Assembly: GCA_965228895.1 (NCBI GenBank)
Contig: OZ245842.1
Location: 1,344,001-1,408,000, forward strand
Length of the DNA: 64,000 nucleotides
Reading direction: 5' to 3'
From: Alphaproteobacteria bacterium
GTDB lineage: Bacteria; Pseudomonadota; Alphaproteobacteria; SP197
Shown: positions 1 to 10,900 of the stretch, piece after piece
Numbering within the stretch: the first letter of the stretch is position 1
Layout: the number at the start of each line of letters is the position of its first letter
Made by a program: the position numbers and the translations under genes
The notes under the pieces: model-generated
The model's database searches: none
What the model saw: the letters and a program-made list of their open reading frames with translations, nothing else
Told to the model about the DNA's origin: nothing

Positions 1-199
1 CGTGCCGATGAAGTCCGGCGCAACGCGCGTGATTGCCTCTTTCGATCGGTTTCGACAGCCGGCTTGCCCCTACAACATCCAGACACAACATGACCGACGC
101 CGAGCAAGGCCCCCTGTTTAGCCCCGGGGTGTTTTCTTGCTATGCTTAGATTAAGTCAGATCAACTGACGGTCCAATCCGCGATGAGGACTCGCTAGAA

Positions 200-763
200 A
201 TGTCTTGCCTTGCCAATCGGGGGATGATCGGCGTCATCGCGCTGATGGGTGTTCTGGCCCTAACAGCCTGCGTCAAGCCGACACCCTATCAGCCACGTCA
301 GGATGGCTACGGCTACAGCAGCACGCAGCTGGAGCCGAACCGCTATCGTGTCACGTTCTATGGCAACACCAGGACGTCACGCGAGACGGTAGAGAACTAT
401 TTGCTTTATCGCGCGGCCGAACTGACGCTGGAGGTCGGCGGCGATCACTTCGAAGTGGTCGAGCGCGATACCGAACGCGACGTCAACACCTATACCAGCT
501 ACAACGTCTATCCCGGCGGCAGCCTGTTCTACGGCTACCGATCCTATCGCGGCCCCTATTATGGGCCTTACTACGGCCCGTTCTATGGACCGTACTACGG
601 TGCGAGTTTCGGTACGGCGACGACGCGCACGACGGAGAAGTTCGAGGCCACCGTCGAGTTTCTGGCATACCGCGGCCCCAAACCGCCTGACGATCCCTAC
701 TCGTACGATGCGCGCGAGATCATCGCCAACCTGGGCCCGCAAATTCGTTACCCCGCCGACTAG
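200..763 (+). CDS. Lipoprotein (CC0125/CC1285-like family) with Tyr-Gly-Pro repeat tract
   Basis: Hydrophobic signal ending in lipobox LALTAC, then TPYQP..GYS..L.PNRYRVTFYGN; GAGGA upstream of the ATG. Confidence 0.75.
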   Translation: MSCLANRGMIGVIALMGVLALTACVKPTPYQPRQDGYGYSSTQLEPNRYRVTFYGNTRTSRETVENYLLYRAAELTLEVGGDHFEVVERDTERDVNTYTSYNVYPGGSLFYGYRSYRGPYYGPYYGPFYGPYYGASFGTATTRTTEKFEATVEFLAYRGPKPPDDPYSYDAREIIANLGPQIRYPAD

Positions 764-770
764 TATCGGT

Positions 771-1424
771 TCACGCAGCGTTGGTGACGATCTCCCAACC
801 GTCGACACTGGCACGCCGTCTGAGCTTGCGGTCGGGCTGCACCGCAACGGGATGGCCGACCGCGCCCAATAGCGTGAGGTCGTGCACTGAATCGCCGTAG
901 GCGGTCGTCTCTGCAAGTGTGGTCTTTTGTTGTGCGGCGAGTTGTTCGGCGATCAGAAGCTTTTGTTCCCGGTACGGGTGTTGCACGGGTGGTGCGACCG
1001 CAAAATGTCCATTGACTGTTCGGCATTGGGTTGCGCAGACCCTGTCGACCTTTAGGTGCCGTCCCAGCACATTGGCCAAGAAGTCGGGAGCCCCGGTCAA
1101 CAGCACCACGCGGTCACCTGCCGTACGGTGCTTTTGCAGGCGCTCGACCATGTCAGGGCGCAGCAGGGGGATAAGAGCCCTCACCGTAAACTGCTCGGCC
1201 TCACGGCAGACTGTGTCAATTGCCATGCCTGCCAGGTAGTCCTTGTTGCGCGCCATGCCATGGGGATCGCCGGCGAGGACGGCGGCGATCAGCGCCCGTC
1301 CGCCGCGCGCCAGTTGCCGTGGTCCAACCAGGCCGCGCCGCAGCATGTGGGCGAAGAACCGTTTCTCGCTGCTCGGTAGAGGCAGCAACGTTCCGTCCAG
1401 GTCGAACAGCGCCAGCCGAGCTAT
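771..1424 (-). CDS. HAD-superfamily hydrolase, subfamily IB (phosphoserine-phosphatase-like); start uncertain, possibly ATA
   Basis: Motif I FDLDGT, motif II LLTGA, motif IV AYGDSVHDL, GHPVAVQPD. The track's extension to 1832 overlaps the upstream gene. Confidence 0.8.
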   Translation of the reverse strand: MARLALFDLDGTLLPLPSSEKRFFAHMLRRGLVGPRQLARGGRALIAAVLAGDPHGMARNKDYLAGMAIDTVCREAEQFTVRALIPLLRPDMVERLQKHRTAGDRVVLLTGAPDFLANVLGRHLKVDRVCATQCRTVNGHFAVAPPVQHPYREQKLLIAEQLAAQQKTTLAETTAYGDSVHDLTLLGAVGHPVAVQPDRKLRRRASVDGWEIVTNAA

Positions 1425-2053
1425 CGCCGGTCTCCCGCGGTCGAGTGGGGCCCAAGCAAGCCGCTTCCCATGACAAACTCGATGATGACCGGCAGGCCGC
1501 GGGCCAAGCAGGTCATGACAGAGATGCCGACCAGGATACCGGTGACAAGATGGAAGGTGCCGTACCACGTCGCCCACAGGCCGGGATCGACGGCAGGCAG
1601 CGGTTGCATCAGCAGCACCCAGCCAAAGGTGACGGCCTTGACGGTGCCATAGAACCCACGCATGAAGCGACCGGCGACCAAGAATTTGCCGACCGGCGAG
1701 CGCATCATGCCGAAGGCCGTCTCGCCATCGGAGATCGCGCCATAGCGGATCGAGTCGACGATGGTGCCACGCACGATGAAGACCAGCGCGACCCAGATCG
1801 GGATGAGGTCGAGATCGGCCAGGACGATCCACAGGACATATTCGACGATACGGTCAACGGCGATGTCGAAGATCGATCCGAATGCGGTTGTTTCATGCCG
1901 CTTGCGCGCGACATAGCCGTCCAGGCCGTCGAGCGCGATGATGACGAACAGAAGCGGCATGTTGATGAGTTGCCATGCGGGCGGTGCCTGATAGGCCATG
2001 GCGACGAGGACAAACAGCAGCCCGAAACGCAGCAGCGTGATCATATTGGCCAT
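1421..2053 (-). CDS. CDP-alcohol phosphatidyltransferase (PgsA-like)
   Basis: ANMITLLR and the D-G-x2-A-R-x8-G-x3-D-x3-D signature (DGLDGYVARKRHETTAFGSIFDIAVD); GGAG before ATG 2053. Confidence 0.9.
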   Translation of the reverse strand: MANMITLLRFGLLFVLVAMAYQAPPAWQLINMPLLFVIIALDGLDGYVARKRHETTAFGSIFDIAVDRIVEYVLWIVLADLDLIPIWVALVFIVRGTIVDSIRYGAISDGETAFGMMRSPVGKFLVAGRFMRGFYGTVKAVTFGWVLLMQPLPAVDPGLWATWYGTFHLVTGILVGISVMTCLARGLPVIIEFVMGSGLLGPHSTAGDRR

Positions 2054-2146
2054 GCGTCGCATCTCCGCTGAACCAAAGCACAGCGCCCCCCGCGACAGTC
2101 CCTCTACCTCTACATATGGGTTCTTTTTCTCAGATGTCACATGTGC

Positions 2147-3355
2147 TCATGTCGCGGCGTCGAGGGCGCCGCCGATGTCGTCCATCAGGTCCTCGACGTT
2201 CTCCAATCCGACCGACAAGCGCACCAGGCCGTCGCTCAGCCCATGTTCGGCGCGCTCTTCAGCGCTGTAGGACGAGTGGGTCATGCTGGCGGGGTGTTGC
2301 ACCAGCGTCTCGCTGTCGCCAAGGCTGACGGCGCGGGTCACCAGGTCGACATGGTTCATGAACGCCAGCCCCGCCGCCATGCCGCCCTTGAGCTCGAACG
2401 CCAACAGGCCGCCGCCGCCGGACATCTGGCGCCGGGCCACGTCACGCTGGGCGAAGTCGTCTCGCCAGGGGTAAGACAACGACGCAACGGCGCGATGTCC
2501 GGCCAACGAGTCGGCGATGCGCATCGCGCTTTCGGAATGGCGGGCCATGCGGATCTCCAAGGTCTTCAGGCCGCGCATGATCAGAAAGGCGGCCATCGGC
2601 GACAAGGTTGCGCCTGTGAGATAGCGCAGCCCATGCTGGCGCACCTGATGAACCAGATCGGCGGGCCCGACCAAAAGACCGGCGAGCAGATCGCCATGGC
2701 CGCCGAGGAACTTCGTCGCCGAATGGACGACGAGATCAGCGCCGTGATCAAGCGGGCGCTGCAGGGCAGGGGTCGAGAAGGTGTTGTCGACGACGGTCAG
2801 GGCACCGTGTGTTTTGGCAATCGATGAAATCGCGGCGATGTCGATGACGCGAAGGTTGGGGTTGGCCGGCGTCTCAAAGAAGACGACCTTGGTCTTGTCC
2901 GTGATGACCGCTTCCAGGTTCGCCGGGTCGGTCAGATCCGCCAGGTGCACGTCGACGCCGAAGCGTGGCAGCCCATGGGTGAAAAACGAGAACGTGTTGC
3001 CGTAGACCGTGTGATCCAGCACCACCTGGTCGCCGGCCGACAGCAACGTCCACATGGTCGCGGTGATCGCGCCCATGCCGGTGGCGAGCGCCAGGGCGGC
3101 TTCGCCGCCTTCCAGGCTGGCGACCCGATCTTCCAACAGCGCCTGGGTCGGGTTGCGCGTGCGGCCATAGACGTACCCCGGCCGCTCGCCGCGAAACATT
3201 TCGCCGCCGGCTTCCGCCGATTCGAACGCATAGGTCGATGTCATGAAGATTGGCGGCGTCAACGCACCGTGTTCGCTGGCCGGGTTGTATCCGTGATGGA
3301 TGGCCCGCGTCGAAAATCCAAGTTTTCGGTTATCGCCTTCTTTTGATGCCGCCAT
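2147..3355 (-). CDS. megL: Methionine gamma-lyase (PLP-dependent Cys/Met metabolism family)
   Basis: [21 protein letters not shown] lysine in [32 protein letters not shown]. Confidence 0.82.
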   Translation of the reverse strand: MAASKEGDNRKLGFSTRAIHHGYNPASEHGALTPPIFMTSTYAFESAEAGGEMFRGERPGYVYGRTRNPTQALLEDRVASLEGGEAALALATGMGAITATMWTLLSAGDQVVLDHTVYGNTFSFFTHGLPRFGVDVHLADLTDPANLEAVITDKTKVVFFETPANPNLRVIDIAAISSIAKTHGALTVVDNTFSTPALQRPLDHGADLVVHSATKFLGGHGDLLAGLLVGPADLVHQVRQHGLRYLTGATLSPMAAFLIMRGLKTLEIRMARHSESAMRIADSLAGHRAVASLSYPWRDDFAQRDVARRQMSGGGGLLAFELKGGMAAGLAFMNHVDLVTRAVSLGDSETLVQHPASMTHSSYSAEERAEHGLSDGLVRLSVGLENVEDLMDDIGGALDAAT

Positions 3356-3491
3356 GATCTGCCTCTGATTCCTGGAATGCCGAGCGTTAGACCGGATTGG
3401 GGGGCGCGCGCAAGCATCGGGCCTTGACGATGGCTCCGGTGGTGACCAGTTATGGACGGGCGTATTTGGATCTGAGGGAAGGAATATCACC

Positions 3492-3974
3492 ATGTCATCC
3501 ACCGTTCGCCGACTTTGCGCGGCCGCTGCCTTGGCCGCTGCCACGTCGTTGCCCGTCGCGGCCAGCGCCGACTCAATCGATACCGAGTCCGGTTATCTGC
3601 GTTGCGATGTCGAGGGATCCGTCAGCTTCATCTTCGGCTCGACTCGCGATGTCACCTGTACGTTCGATCCTGTGGGCGACGGCCCGGTGGAGACCTACAC
3701 CGGATCCATCGAGCGTTACGGCATCGATATCGGATACATGGAAAGCTCGGTCATGCTGTGGGGTGTATTGTCGACCGGAGAGCCGGTGCCGGCAGGTGGG
3801 CTTGCCGGATCCTATGCCGGTGTCAGCGCCGAGGTTGCCGCCGGCTACGGCGTTGGTGCCAACGTTCTGGTGTTCGGCGAGAAATCGCTGGCGCTACAGC
3901 CCCTGAGCGTTCAGGGCGGTGAGGGCCTCAACATTGCCGCGGGCGTCGCCGAACTCAAACTCGAGCATAACTGA
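3492..3974 (+). CDS. Secreted DUF992-family protein
   Basis: Signal peptide, G.L.C...SFIFGSTR...CTF, G.Y.GVSA, ALQPLSVQG.EGLNIAAGVA; AAGGA RBS. Confidence 0.8.
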   Translation: MSSTVRRLCAAAALAAATSLPVAASADSIDTESGYLRCDVEGSVSFIFGSTRDVTCTFDPVGDGPVETYTGSIERYGIDIGYMESSVMLWGVLSTGEPVPAGGLAGSYAGVSAEVAAGYGVGANVLVFGEKSLALQPLSVQGGEGLNIAAGVAELKLEHN

Positions 3975-4039
3975 CCGCTAGAACGGGCCACGATGGGGCG
4001 GAACCGTTGAGAGGTTCCGCCCGATCTCGTCGCTCTGCA

Positions 4040-4792
4040 CTACGCGCCGGAGAGCGTCCCGCCGTCGACGGGCATGGCAACGCCCGTGGTGAACGAGGCG
4101 CTGTCCGACGCGAAATAGAGGACCGCATCGGCGATCTCGTCGGGGCGTGCCATCCGTTTCATCGGCGCGTGGGCGTGGGCGGCCTCCATGAAGGACACGT
4201 CGTCCCCGGTTAGGGCGCCGGCGTTGTGCATCATGTCGGTATCCACATTGCCGGGACACACACAGTTGACCCGGATGGCCGGCGCCAGCTCCCATGCCAT
4301 GGCTTTGGTCAGGTTGACGACACCGCCTTTGGCCGCGCAGTAGGCGGCCGCGTTGAGGTAACCGACCAAGCCTGACTCCGATGCAATGTTGACGATGTTG
4401 CCGCCTGACGTGATGAGCGCCGGTAAGGCCGCCTGGGAACAGAAGAACGTGCCACCCAGATTGACCGAGATCGCGCGTGTCCAATGGGCCTCGTCGATCT
4501 CGGCGACCGGCGACTCCTCATAGACCCCCGCCGAGTTGACCAGCACATCCAGACCGCCCAAGCCGTCAACGGCGTCGGCGACCAGCTTCTTGCAGGCATC
4601 CGGTTCGCCGATATCGCCGGTCACGGCTATTGCTTGGGTTCCCCGCAGATCGTCAGACCACGCATCAAACGAGGCATCGCTACGCCCGGCGATGGCGACA
4701 TGCGCGCCGGCGTCGAGGAACCGCCTGACCGTGGCCGCGCCGATGCCGCGCGTGCCGCCGGTCACCAACACCCGTTTGCCGTCAAAGGACAT
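4040..4792 (-). CDS. Short-chain dehydrogenase/reductase
   Basis: TGGTRGIG, NSAG, catalytic YCAAK. Confidence 0.9.
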   Translation of the reverse strand: MSFDGKRVLVTGGTRGIGAATVRRFLDAGAHVAIAGRSDASFDAWSDDLRGTQAIAVTGDIGEPDACKKLVADAVDGLGGLDVLVNSAGVYEESPVAEIDEAHWTRAISVNLGGTFFCSQAALPALITSGGNIVNIASESGLVGYLNAAAYCAAKGGVVNLTKAMAWELAPAIRVNCVCPGNVDTDMMHNAGALTGDDVSFMEAAHAHAPMKRMARPDEIADAVLYFASDSASFTTGVAMPVDGGTLSGA

Positions 4793-4824
4793 CCAGCACC
4801 TCGTCGACGTGTTTGTTTTGAAAG

Positions 4825-5910
4825 TTAGCCGGTGCGGCGCCGACGAAGGTCGCTGGGCACTTGGCGAAAGGCGCGCTTGAAACAGCGGCTGAAATGGGAG
4901 GCGTCGGCGAAGCCGCAATCGTCGGCGATCTGGGTCACCGTGCGCTTGGTATGGGTCAACAGCCAGCGCCCATGCCTAAGCCGCATGGCACGATAGTAGG
5001 TTTGTGGACTGACCCCGACGCTGTTGCGGAAGCTGCGCTCCAGTTGTCGGACGCTGGACCCGACGCGACCGGCGATCTGGCCGATCCGCGGCGGGTTGTT
5101 CATATGGCGCTCCATGATGACCAGCGCGCGTTTGACGCGATCGTCAAATCCCCGGAACGATCCGTCGACCAGCGGCAGCCGCTGGTGGTTCGGACTGCGA
5201 ATCCCGTCGACCACGAGGTGCGGCAAAATCTTGAGCGCGCGATCATGGCCGCAATGCCGATCGACGAGGATGGCTGCCAGATCGATCACCGCGGTTCCGC
5301 CGGCGCAGGTCAGGCGGTCGCGATCGACAACCACGACGTCGCCGCGAACGGCGTGGATGGCCGGAAAGGCCTGCGAGACATCGATGTCGTGATCGCCATA
5401 GACACAACAGCGGTAACCATCCATCAGCCCCGCCCTGGCAAGGACAAAGACACCCGTGCCGACGCCGACCAGCGGTATGCCTTGCGCGGCGGCACGGCGC
5501 AGATAGTTCAGCGTTGCGTCATCGTGTGCGGGATCGCTGGTCAATGGTCCGCCGACCACGACGAGGTAATCGAACTTCGCCGGTTCGCCAAACGTCTCTT
5601 CGGGCGGTATGGCTATGCCGCAGCTCGATTGCACCGGACGCAAGTCGGCGCCGACCAGTGACCAGCGGCAGCGTATCTGGCGGCTGCGCTCGCCGATATC
5701 CCCGGCGATACGCAGGGCGTCAACGAAACCGGCGAAGGCGAGCAGCGTGAATGACGGCGTCAGGACAAAACCGACGTTCAGGTCGGGTGTCACGTCATCG
5801 GGTGGTGCCACGCTGAGGGTGGGCGCGTGCGTCGAAGCAGAACGGTCGAGCGCGGAAGGCTCCCGACCACCTGCTGAACCGTCATGCTGGCCGCTTGCGG
5901 CCTCTGTCAC
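4825..5910 (-). CDS. GlxA/GbdR-type AraC regulator (DJ-1-like domain plus HTH)
   Basis: FTLLAFAGFVDALR, RLTCAGGTA, C-terminal RQLERSF..CGFADASHFSRCFK; GTG start after AAGGAG. Confidence 0.88.
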   Translation of the reverse strand: MTEAASGQHDGSAGGREPSALDRSASTHAPTLSVAPPDDVTPDLNVGFVLTPSFTLLAFAGFVDALRIAGDIGERSRQIRCRWSLVGADLRPVQSSCGIAIPPEETFGEPAKFDYLVVVGGPLTSDPAHDDATLNYLRRAAAQGIPLVGVGTGVFVLARAGLMDGYRCCVYGDHDIDVSQAFPAIHAVRGDVVVVDRDRLTCAGGTAVIDLAAILVDRHCGHDRALKILPHLVVDGIRSPNHQRLPLVDGSFRGFDDRVKRALVIMERHMNNPPRIGQIAGRVGSSVRQLERSFRNSVGVSPQTYYRAMRLRHGRWLLTHTKRTVTQIADDCGFADASHFSRCFKRAFRQVPSDLRRRRTG

Positions 5911-6115
5911 GGCGTGCTCCTTAGTGTGCGCTCGCCCGGCCAAGCGCCAGGATCGATCACACAGTCTATGGCGTGCCGTCTCGTCGGTCGACGGCTGGTG
6001 CGCGTTCGCTAACAATCTATCCCAAGACTTGTACCCAGGTCGCTGGTCGACGTGAGAATGCGGTCATGCGACATCTGCCAAGATCATTCGGCGGCGACGA
6101 TAGGGAGACCCAGCC

Positions 6116-6886
6116 ATGGCTATGCCAACGCGGCGCATCGATCTCAGCAACCAACGGGTTCTGGTCACGGGCGGCGGTGGTGGCATGGGCCGCGACATCG
6201 CGCGAACTTTCGCGGTCTGGGGCGCGCGGGTCGCCGTGTGTGATCTGACGTTGGAGGGCGCCCGGTCCACCTTGACCGTGATCAACGACGTCGGCGGTGA
6301 CGGCTTTGCGGCGGCCATGGACGTGGCCGACGAGCAGTCAGTGGCTGCCGGTGTTGCAGCGTGCTGGGATGCGCTGGGCGGGTTTGACCTTCTGGTCAAT
6401 AACGCCGGTGTTCTCACCGTCTCCGACGTCGTCGACATGCCATTGAAAGACTGGCGCTTTGTGCTCGACGTCAATGCGACGGGTGTTTTCCTTGTCAGCC
6501 GGGAAGTCGCCCGCATGATGATCCAACAGGCGACGCCGGCATCGATTATCTCGACGTCGTCGATCTCGGGAAAGAGCGGCGATGCCGGATTGGCCCATTA
6601 CTGCGCGTCAAAGTTCGCGGTGGTTGGGTTCACCCAGGCGCTGGCGCGCGAACTTGCCGTGCACGACATTCTGGTCAACGCGATCTGTCCGGGCATTGTC
6701 GAAACGACAATGATGGACAACCTGACCCGTGATGCCCAAACCTCGGTCGAGGCCTATGTCAGCGAGCAGTTGATCAAACGCTCCCAAACGCCCGAGGACA
6801 TGGCCTACGCGATGGCGTTCCTGCACACGTCGCGGGCAATGACCGGGCAGGCTCTGAACGTCGACGGGGGCACGGTCTTCAATTGA
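6116..6886 (+). CDS. Short-chain dehydrogenase/reductase
   Basis: TGGGGGMG, NNAG, YCASK; divergent from the GlxA regulator; GGGAG RBS. Confidence 0.9.
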   Translation: MAMPTRRIDLSNQRVLVTGGGGGMGRDIARTFAVWGARVAVCDLTLEGARSTLTVINDVGGDGFAAAMDVADEQSVAAGVAACWDALGGFDLLVNNAGVLTVSDVVDMPLKDWRFVLDVNATGVFLVSREVARMMIQQATPASIISTSSISGKSGDAGLAHYCASKFAVVGFTQALARELAVHDILVNAICPGIVETTMMDNLTRDAQTSVEAYVSEQLIKRSQTPEDMAYAMAFLHTSRAMTGQALNVDGGTVFN

Positions 6887-7080
6887 TATCGGCTCACGAC
6901 TGCATCGCATGGTTGTAGTCGCTTTGTGGCCGATTCGGTCCGCATCGATCGCAATCGACGCGACCGTCGGCGTAACCCCATTTTGCCGTGCCCGTTCGGT
7001 CCCGCCGCCTGTCGCAAACCGGGACGAACTCTGTCTCACACTGGCACAAATTTGCGTGACGCGGCGGCGTCGACCGGCCC

Positions 7081-7608
7081 CTAATTCCCGTCGACAAGTG
7101 GCAGCGGCTGCTCAAGCACAGGGATGCTGTCGTCCGGCGCCTCGGTAAGGGCCATGCGACCGTTGGCAATATCGGCGGCGAATTCGGCCAGGGCCGTGGG
7201 CGACAGGCCGTCGATCTCGGTATGACGGCGGGCCAGGTCGGTGAAGGTCTGAGCGCACCAGGGTGCGTGTGCTTCAACACCCGCTGGACTGCCCAAACGC
7301 AGCTTGAGCGCGGCTGCGGCCAATCGAATCAAGGACTTACGGAACAGCCATAGGTCTGAGTCGCGGTCCGCGTCGCGCCACGCCGATTCCCAGACCTCGT
7401 GGGCTTCCCAGAAGTATCCGTTATTGAACAGGTCAATGCCGTACGCAATCGCGGTCGAAATGTCATCGACGGATGCCAGCTTGTGATGCCCGGCGGGCGC
7501 CCGCAGCGGATGGATGGTGTCGCCGGGAACGTAGGCATAGAGGGGAAAATCAAGGGATGGGGACAATCGCGGTCGGTCCGAAAGATGGGTGGTCCGAATC
7601 TTGCTCAT
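7081..7608 (-). CDS. DUF309-family protein
   Basis: LFNNGYFWEAHEVWE motif. Confidence 0.8.
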   Translation of the reverse strand: MSKIRTTHLSDRPRLSPSLDFPLYAYVPGDTIHPLRAPAGHHKLASVDDISTAIAYGIDLFNNGYFWEAHEVWESAWRDADRDSDLWLFRKSLIRLAAAALKLRLGSPAGVEAHAPWCAQTFTDLARRHTEIDGLSPTALAEFAADIANGRMALTEAPDDSIPVLEQPLPLVDGN

Positions 7609-7904
7609 AATACTTTTGAATTACCTATAATGTGTAGATATGGAGAGAGTCGTGCCCTTGCTTGGTTGTCCGGTAATACAACATAATGGTGCGCAATCTG
7701 GAGCCTGTGTTTTCGGTATGCGCCCAAATGCCGCGACAGCCTCGTCGGGGTCAGCGAACAGGCGCATCGACTAATCGCAACAGATTGCTACGGCAATCAT
7801 CGGTGAAGCAACGTGGGGGCGTTCGTGAACACCATGATGGGAACAGCAGGCGATACCCGGATCATGTCCTGTACCAAAAAAGCCGATAACGGCGGCGGTG
7901 CGTC

Positions 7905-10900
7905 ATGAACGTGGTCGACCGACAGTCGGAACATCTCCTGCCGGTGATGAACGGCGAGCGCAAGGTCGTCACGGTCATCTTTGCCGATATCGTAAGGTCG
8001 TCTGAGCTTGTCGCCGGGCACGACCCGGAAGACGCCAACGACCATCTGCTTCCAATTCTGCAGGCCATGATCGATGCCGTGCATCGCTTCGGCGGCACGG
8101 TCAACCAGATCCTGGGCGATGGTATTATGGCCGTGTTTGGCGCGCCGATGGCCCAGGAGGACCACGCGCTGCGCGCCTGCCTGGCCGCGCAGGTGATGCA
8201 GATGATGGCCACCCATGCCTTGCGCAACAGCGTCTGCGACGCCCTACGCAACCATCGCATCAGGATCGGCATCAGCTCCGGTGACGTGGTGGCGCAGACT
8301 CTGAAGGGCGACTTCCACACCGAGTACCGCATTGTCGGCGAGACGGTTTATCGTGCGTCACGGCTTGAGAACGCCGCGACACCAGGCAGCATTTTTGTCT
8401 GTCGCGACACCGTTCGCCTGTCGCGCGGCGCGGTCGACGCCGAGGCGGTCGGCGCCGTAACGCTGTCGACCGAGGCGCGCGCCATCGAAGCCATGCGGCT
8501 GAAGGCCGTTGCGACCTCTCACAACCTGTCTGACCACACCGCAGAGACCGGCGCTCCAGCATTGGTTGGCCGCCAGGACGAGCTGGCCGACTTAAGAAAT
8601 TGTCTGGCCGAAACCGCGACGGGTTCGGGAACGTCGATCGTGGTGACATCCGACGCCGGCGTTGGCAAGTCCAGGATTATCCGCGAGCTGGTCGACGATT
8701 TGTCTGAACGTGACTATCGCGTCGTCGAATGCGAGTTGCACCCCACGGGCCTGGCGCGCCCCAGCGGTACCATTACGCGCGTCCTGCGCGGTGTGCTCGG
8801 TTTGCTTGCCGACGACCGGGAAGCGCTGGAGTTCCGTCTCGATCAGATTGATCTGCGTGATCCCATCTTGCGTGTCGCGCTGTTGGATGTGCTTGGCCAT
8901 CCGGTCGAGCATCCGGGTTGGGTCGAAAGCTCGCCGTCCGAAAAACTTCGTTTGACCGTCGATGCGGCAACGTCGGTCATCATCGACGTGGCGCGCGACA
9001 AGCCGGTCGTCATCGTGCTTGAGGATGTTCACTGGGCCGATACCCAGTCCCGCGCGTTTGCCAAAGAATTGTCCGGCCGTGTTTCGGATGCCGCCGTCTT
9101 GATGCTCGCGACGTCGCGCATTTGGAGCGAGCCTGTTTGGTCCGAATGGCCCGGCGTACGCGAATTGCGCCTTGAGTCGTTGATGCCCGATCAGACCGAG
9201 CGTTTGCTCGATCGCATGCTCGGCGTTCGCAAGGAGCTCGCCCATCTGAAACAGCGCCTGGTCGACATGACCCAGGGCGTCCCGTTCTTTATTGTCGAGT
9301 GCGTCCGGAGCCTTAAGGAAACCGGCGCTTTGCAAGGTCAGTTCGGCAGTTATCGACTGATGGTGCCGATGACCGAGATCAGCATTCCGGCAACGGTCCA
9401 CGGCTTGCTGGCCGCGCGGATCGACACGCTTCCGGCAGCCGACCGTTATGTCCTGCTTTGTGCCGCGGTCGTCGGTCAAAGTTTCGACGTCGGCCTGTTG
9501 CAGGAGATTACGGGTCGCAAGTCGCAGGACATCTTGATGCAGCTGAACCGGCTGCAGGCAGCGGGTTTCGTGAACCGCACCCGCATCGTGCCCAACCTAG
9601 AATTCAGTTTCCAACATGCGCTGACGCATGACGTCGCCTACGAGACGTTGCTGAAGAGCCTGCGCCGGGATTTGCACGGTCTGCTGATGAACGCGCTGGA
9701 GCACCGGCGCTCGGATCAAATGCCAGGCCGGATCGAACTGCTGGCCCATCACGCGTTCCGTGCTCAAGATTGGCCGAAGAGTGTCGTCTATAGTCGCCTT
9801 GCCGGTCGTGAGATGCTGACGGCATCGCGCAATGCGGAGGCCGGTCAGTGTTTTGAGCAGGGATTAAGCTCTCTCGACCAACTCGAGGACACCTCGCGCA
9901 ACGCGGAACGTCGCGTCGATTTCCACATCGAGCTGATTCAGGCGTACTTCCCGCTCGGTCAAGGCGACCGCGTTAAAACGCATATCGATCGTGCCGAAGA
10001 GATCGCTGAGAAGCTGTCCGACTACCGCCGACTTGGCCACCTCGCGTCATACAAAAGCCTTTACCTGTGGTCGGTCGGCAAGGTCGCCAGGGCGATCTCC
10101 ACCGGAAAGTCGGCGCTTGGGTTGGCGCGCAAGCGCGGCGACCGGGATCTCGAAATCCACGTTGCCGGTCGTTTAGGGGCATTGTTGGTCGATCGCGGCG
10201 ATTTCGACGCGGCTTGTGCCCTGTTGGAACGAGCGATCAGTTTGATCCCGCCCGAAATGAACCACAGACGGTTCGGGCTGTTGCCGGTAGCGTCGGTGAC
10301 CACGTTGGCGTCGCTGTCGCGTGGCTTGGCCGAGTTGGGCGATTTCAAAAAGGCGCTGCAGTACGGCGACCAGGCGATCCAGATCGCCGATGAGGTTGGA
10401 CACGGTTTCAGCCAGATTTACGCCAATCTTTGGGTCGGCAACGCCTTGATCAAAAAAGGCGATTTCGAGCGAAGCATTCCCCCGCTGGAACGTTGCCTTG
10501 CGCTTTGTGAAAAGACCGAACTTGATTTGCTTTATCCGCGCAGCAAAAGTTCGCTCGGTTATGCCTACATGCATGTCGGCCGAAACGATGAGGCATCGGC
10601 CTTGTTGACCGAAGCCATCGATGACGCAGGCAACGGGCCGACACGCTGGAACAACGCCCAGCAGCTTGCTTGGTATGCCGAATTCCTTCTGCGCAACGGT
10701 AACGTCGAGGAAGCGAGCAAATGCGCGGTACAGGCGCTGGAGCTTGCCGTTGAGTCGGGCGAGAAGGCGTCGGAGGCATGGTCGCTGCTGCTTTTGGGCC
10801 AGGTCCAGAATTCACTGTGTGCTCAGCCAGAGCCGACGGCCCATCGCTATCTGACAAAAGCCTGGGACATGGCGGTTGCGCACCGCATGGGGCCTCTGGC

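Noticed and set aside
7600-7700. Specific sigma70 promoter for the cyclase gene
   Set aside because: The region is AT-rich with TATAAT and CATAAT hexamers, but -35 spacing is 18-19 bp and several placements are possible, so I did not call it.
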